A stretch of DNA of 64,000 nucleotides from Clostridiaceae bacterium (GTDB lineage Bacteria; Bacillota; Clostridia; Saccharofermentanales; UBA5734). The notes under the pieces were generated by a model. It worked only from the letters and a program-made list of their open reading frames with translations. It searched no databases and was not told the DNA's origin. Of the stretch, positions 63,089 to 64,000 are shown in pieces (position 1 is the stretch's first letter; each line of letters opens with the position of its first letter). The translations under genes and the position numbers were made by a program. The DNA is taken from assembly GCA_012523135.1 (NCBI GenBank), contig JAAYJD010000058.1, positions 8,251 to 72,250 of the forward strand. Direction: 5' to 3'.

Positions 63089-64000
63089 TCAGATCTGGCT
63101 CAGAGTGACGCCGGAGCGGCTGCTGGTCGGTTTGTAGTCGGAAGGAAGCTCTTCCAGCAAGGTCAGCCGGACCGTGATCTCGCGGCCGTTTCGCACCACC
63201 GTCAGGGTCATGACATCGCCGGGTTTGCGGGCGTTCTTGCGGGCGTTGAGTTGCTCGATCGTCACGGTTTTTTCACCGTCGACGGCCGTGATGATGTCTT
63301 TGACCTGGAGACCGGCCTTGTCCGCGGCGCTGCCGCTTTCAATCTCGACGATGTAGATGCCTTCCGTCAGGCGGTAGTATTCAGCCATCTGGGCGCTGAC
63401 ATCGCGCGCGACGATGCCGATCTTGGGCCGGCCGCGCACGTAACCGAACTGGATCAGGCTCTCGATGATCGGTTCGGCATGTTTGATCGGGATGGCGAAA
63501 CCCAGTCCTTCAACGCCCGTGCCGGCGTTCTTGGCCGTGTTGATCCCGATCACCTCGCCGAACGAGTTGAACAGGGCGCCGCCGGAATTGCCGGAGTTGA
63601 TCGCGGCATCGGTCTGGAGCAGATTCAGCCGCTGCGGGCCGCTGCTGCTGTTCAAGGTGATTTCCCGGTCCAGTGCGCTGATGATGCCCGCCGTGACGGT
63701 GCCGCTCAGTTCACCCAGGGGGTTGCCGATCGCGACGGCCAGCTCGCCGACCAGCAGGTCGTCCGAATCGCCCAGCACCACGGTCGGCAGGTCGGTCGCG
63801 TCGATCTTTATCACCGCAATGTCGTTGCTGGGATCGGTACCAACCAGAACCGCTTCATAGACATCGTCATTGTCGAGCACGACCGTGATCGCCTCGGCGC
63901 CTTCGATGACATGGTTGTTCGTGACGATGTAGCCGTTGTCGGTGATGATGAACCCGGAGCCGGCGGCCGTCGGCCGGTAAATCTGGCCGAACATGTCTGT
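63089..64000 (-). CDS. htrA: HtrA/DegP-family trypsin-like serine protease with a PDZ domain (5' end off the right edge)
   Basis: GSGFIITDNGYIVTNNHVI (His), DIAVIKI (Asp), GNSGGAL (Ser), then a PDZ domain (GIYIVEIESGSAADKAGLQVKDIITAVDG). The frame stays open to the window edge. Confidence 0.9.
   Translation of the reverse strand, partial: TDMFGQIYRPTAAGSGFIITDNGYIVTNNHVIEGAEAITVVLDNDDVYEAVLVGTDPSNDIAVIKIDATDLPTVVLGDSDDLLVGELAVAIGNPLGELSGTVTAGIISALDREITLNSSSGPQRLNLLQTDAAINSGNSGGALFNSFGEVIGINTAKNAGTGVEGLGFAIPIKHAEPIIESLIQFGYVRGRPKIGIVARDVSAQMAEYYRLTEGIYIVEIESGSAADKAGLQVKDIITAVDGEKTVTIEQLNARKNARKPGDVMTLTVVRNGREITVRLTLLEELPSDYKPTSSRSGVTLSQI

Noticed and set aside
1-64000. tRNA, rRNA and CRISPR arrays, and toxin-antitoxin or classic defence genes.
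   Set aside because: The intergenic regions are short, and the three longest are accounted for as a T-box leader (9472-9927), a divergent promoter region (38326-38557) and the upstream region of the copper cluster (13586-13775). I saw no repeat-spacer periodicity and no nuclease, helicase or methylase signatures.

Overview
The window is 64 kb of high-GC (roughly 60-65% by eye) chromosomal DNA. It looks like a Firmicutes/Clostridia-type organism: GGAGG-type ribosome-binding sites, sigma-A-like TTGACA/TATAAT promoters, a T-box leader, and many 1-11 nt start/stop overlaps between genes. I could support about 60 protein-coding genes, with almost no non-coding space. I saw no rRNA, tRNA, CRISPR array, transposase or integrase.

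Gene content is mostly accessory metabolism and transport:
- a GH95 fucosidase fragment, a GH32 fructosidase and a CE7 esterase
- four xylose-isomerase-like TIM-barrel genes, three Gfo/Idh/MocA oxidoreductases and two AraC regulators
- many transporters (DMT, MFS, MATE, ABC)
- an ECF sigma/anti-sigma module
- a Trp-specific T-box controlling an ABC importer of the family I recall being predicted as trpXYZ
- a Tet(M)-family-like GTPase
- a lower-GC copper island (SHOCT protein, CopB-type ATPase, multicopper oxidase)
- MsrAB, PepT, an M18 aminopeptidase, MscS, a beta-CASP RNase, RlmI and HtrA

The best candidate for an undescribed system is at 39.7-42.4 kb. It is a three-gene operon of tandem paralogues with the QueG/reductive-dehalogenase-type Fe-S core. 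They have no Tat signal, no membrane anchor gene and no QueG HEAT tail. A divergent AraC regulator sits next to them, the shared promoter region carries a duplicated 12-mer, and sugar-type oxidoreductase, TIM-barrel and DMT genes lie alongside.

Secondary candidates:
- a stand-alone B12-binding protein translationally coupled to a MacB/FtsX-type ABC transporter
- a PHP-DUF1848-GH32 operon
- a TIM/Gfo/TIM/PIG-L/NagB-like operon

All family assignments come from reading motifs by eye. No database search was run.
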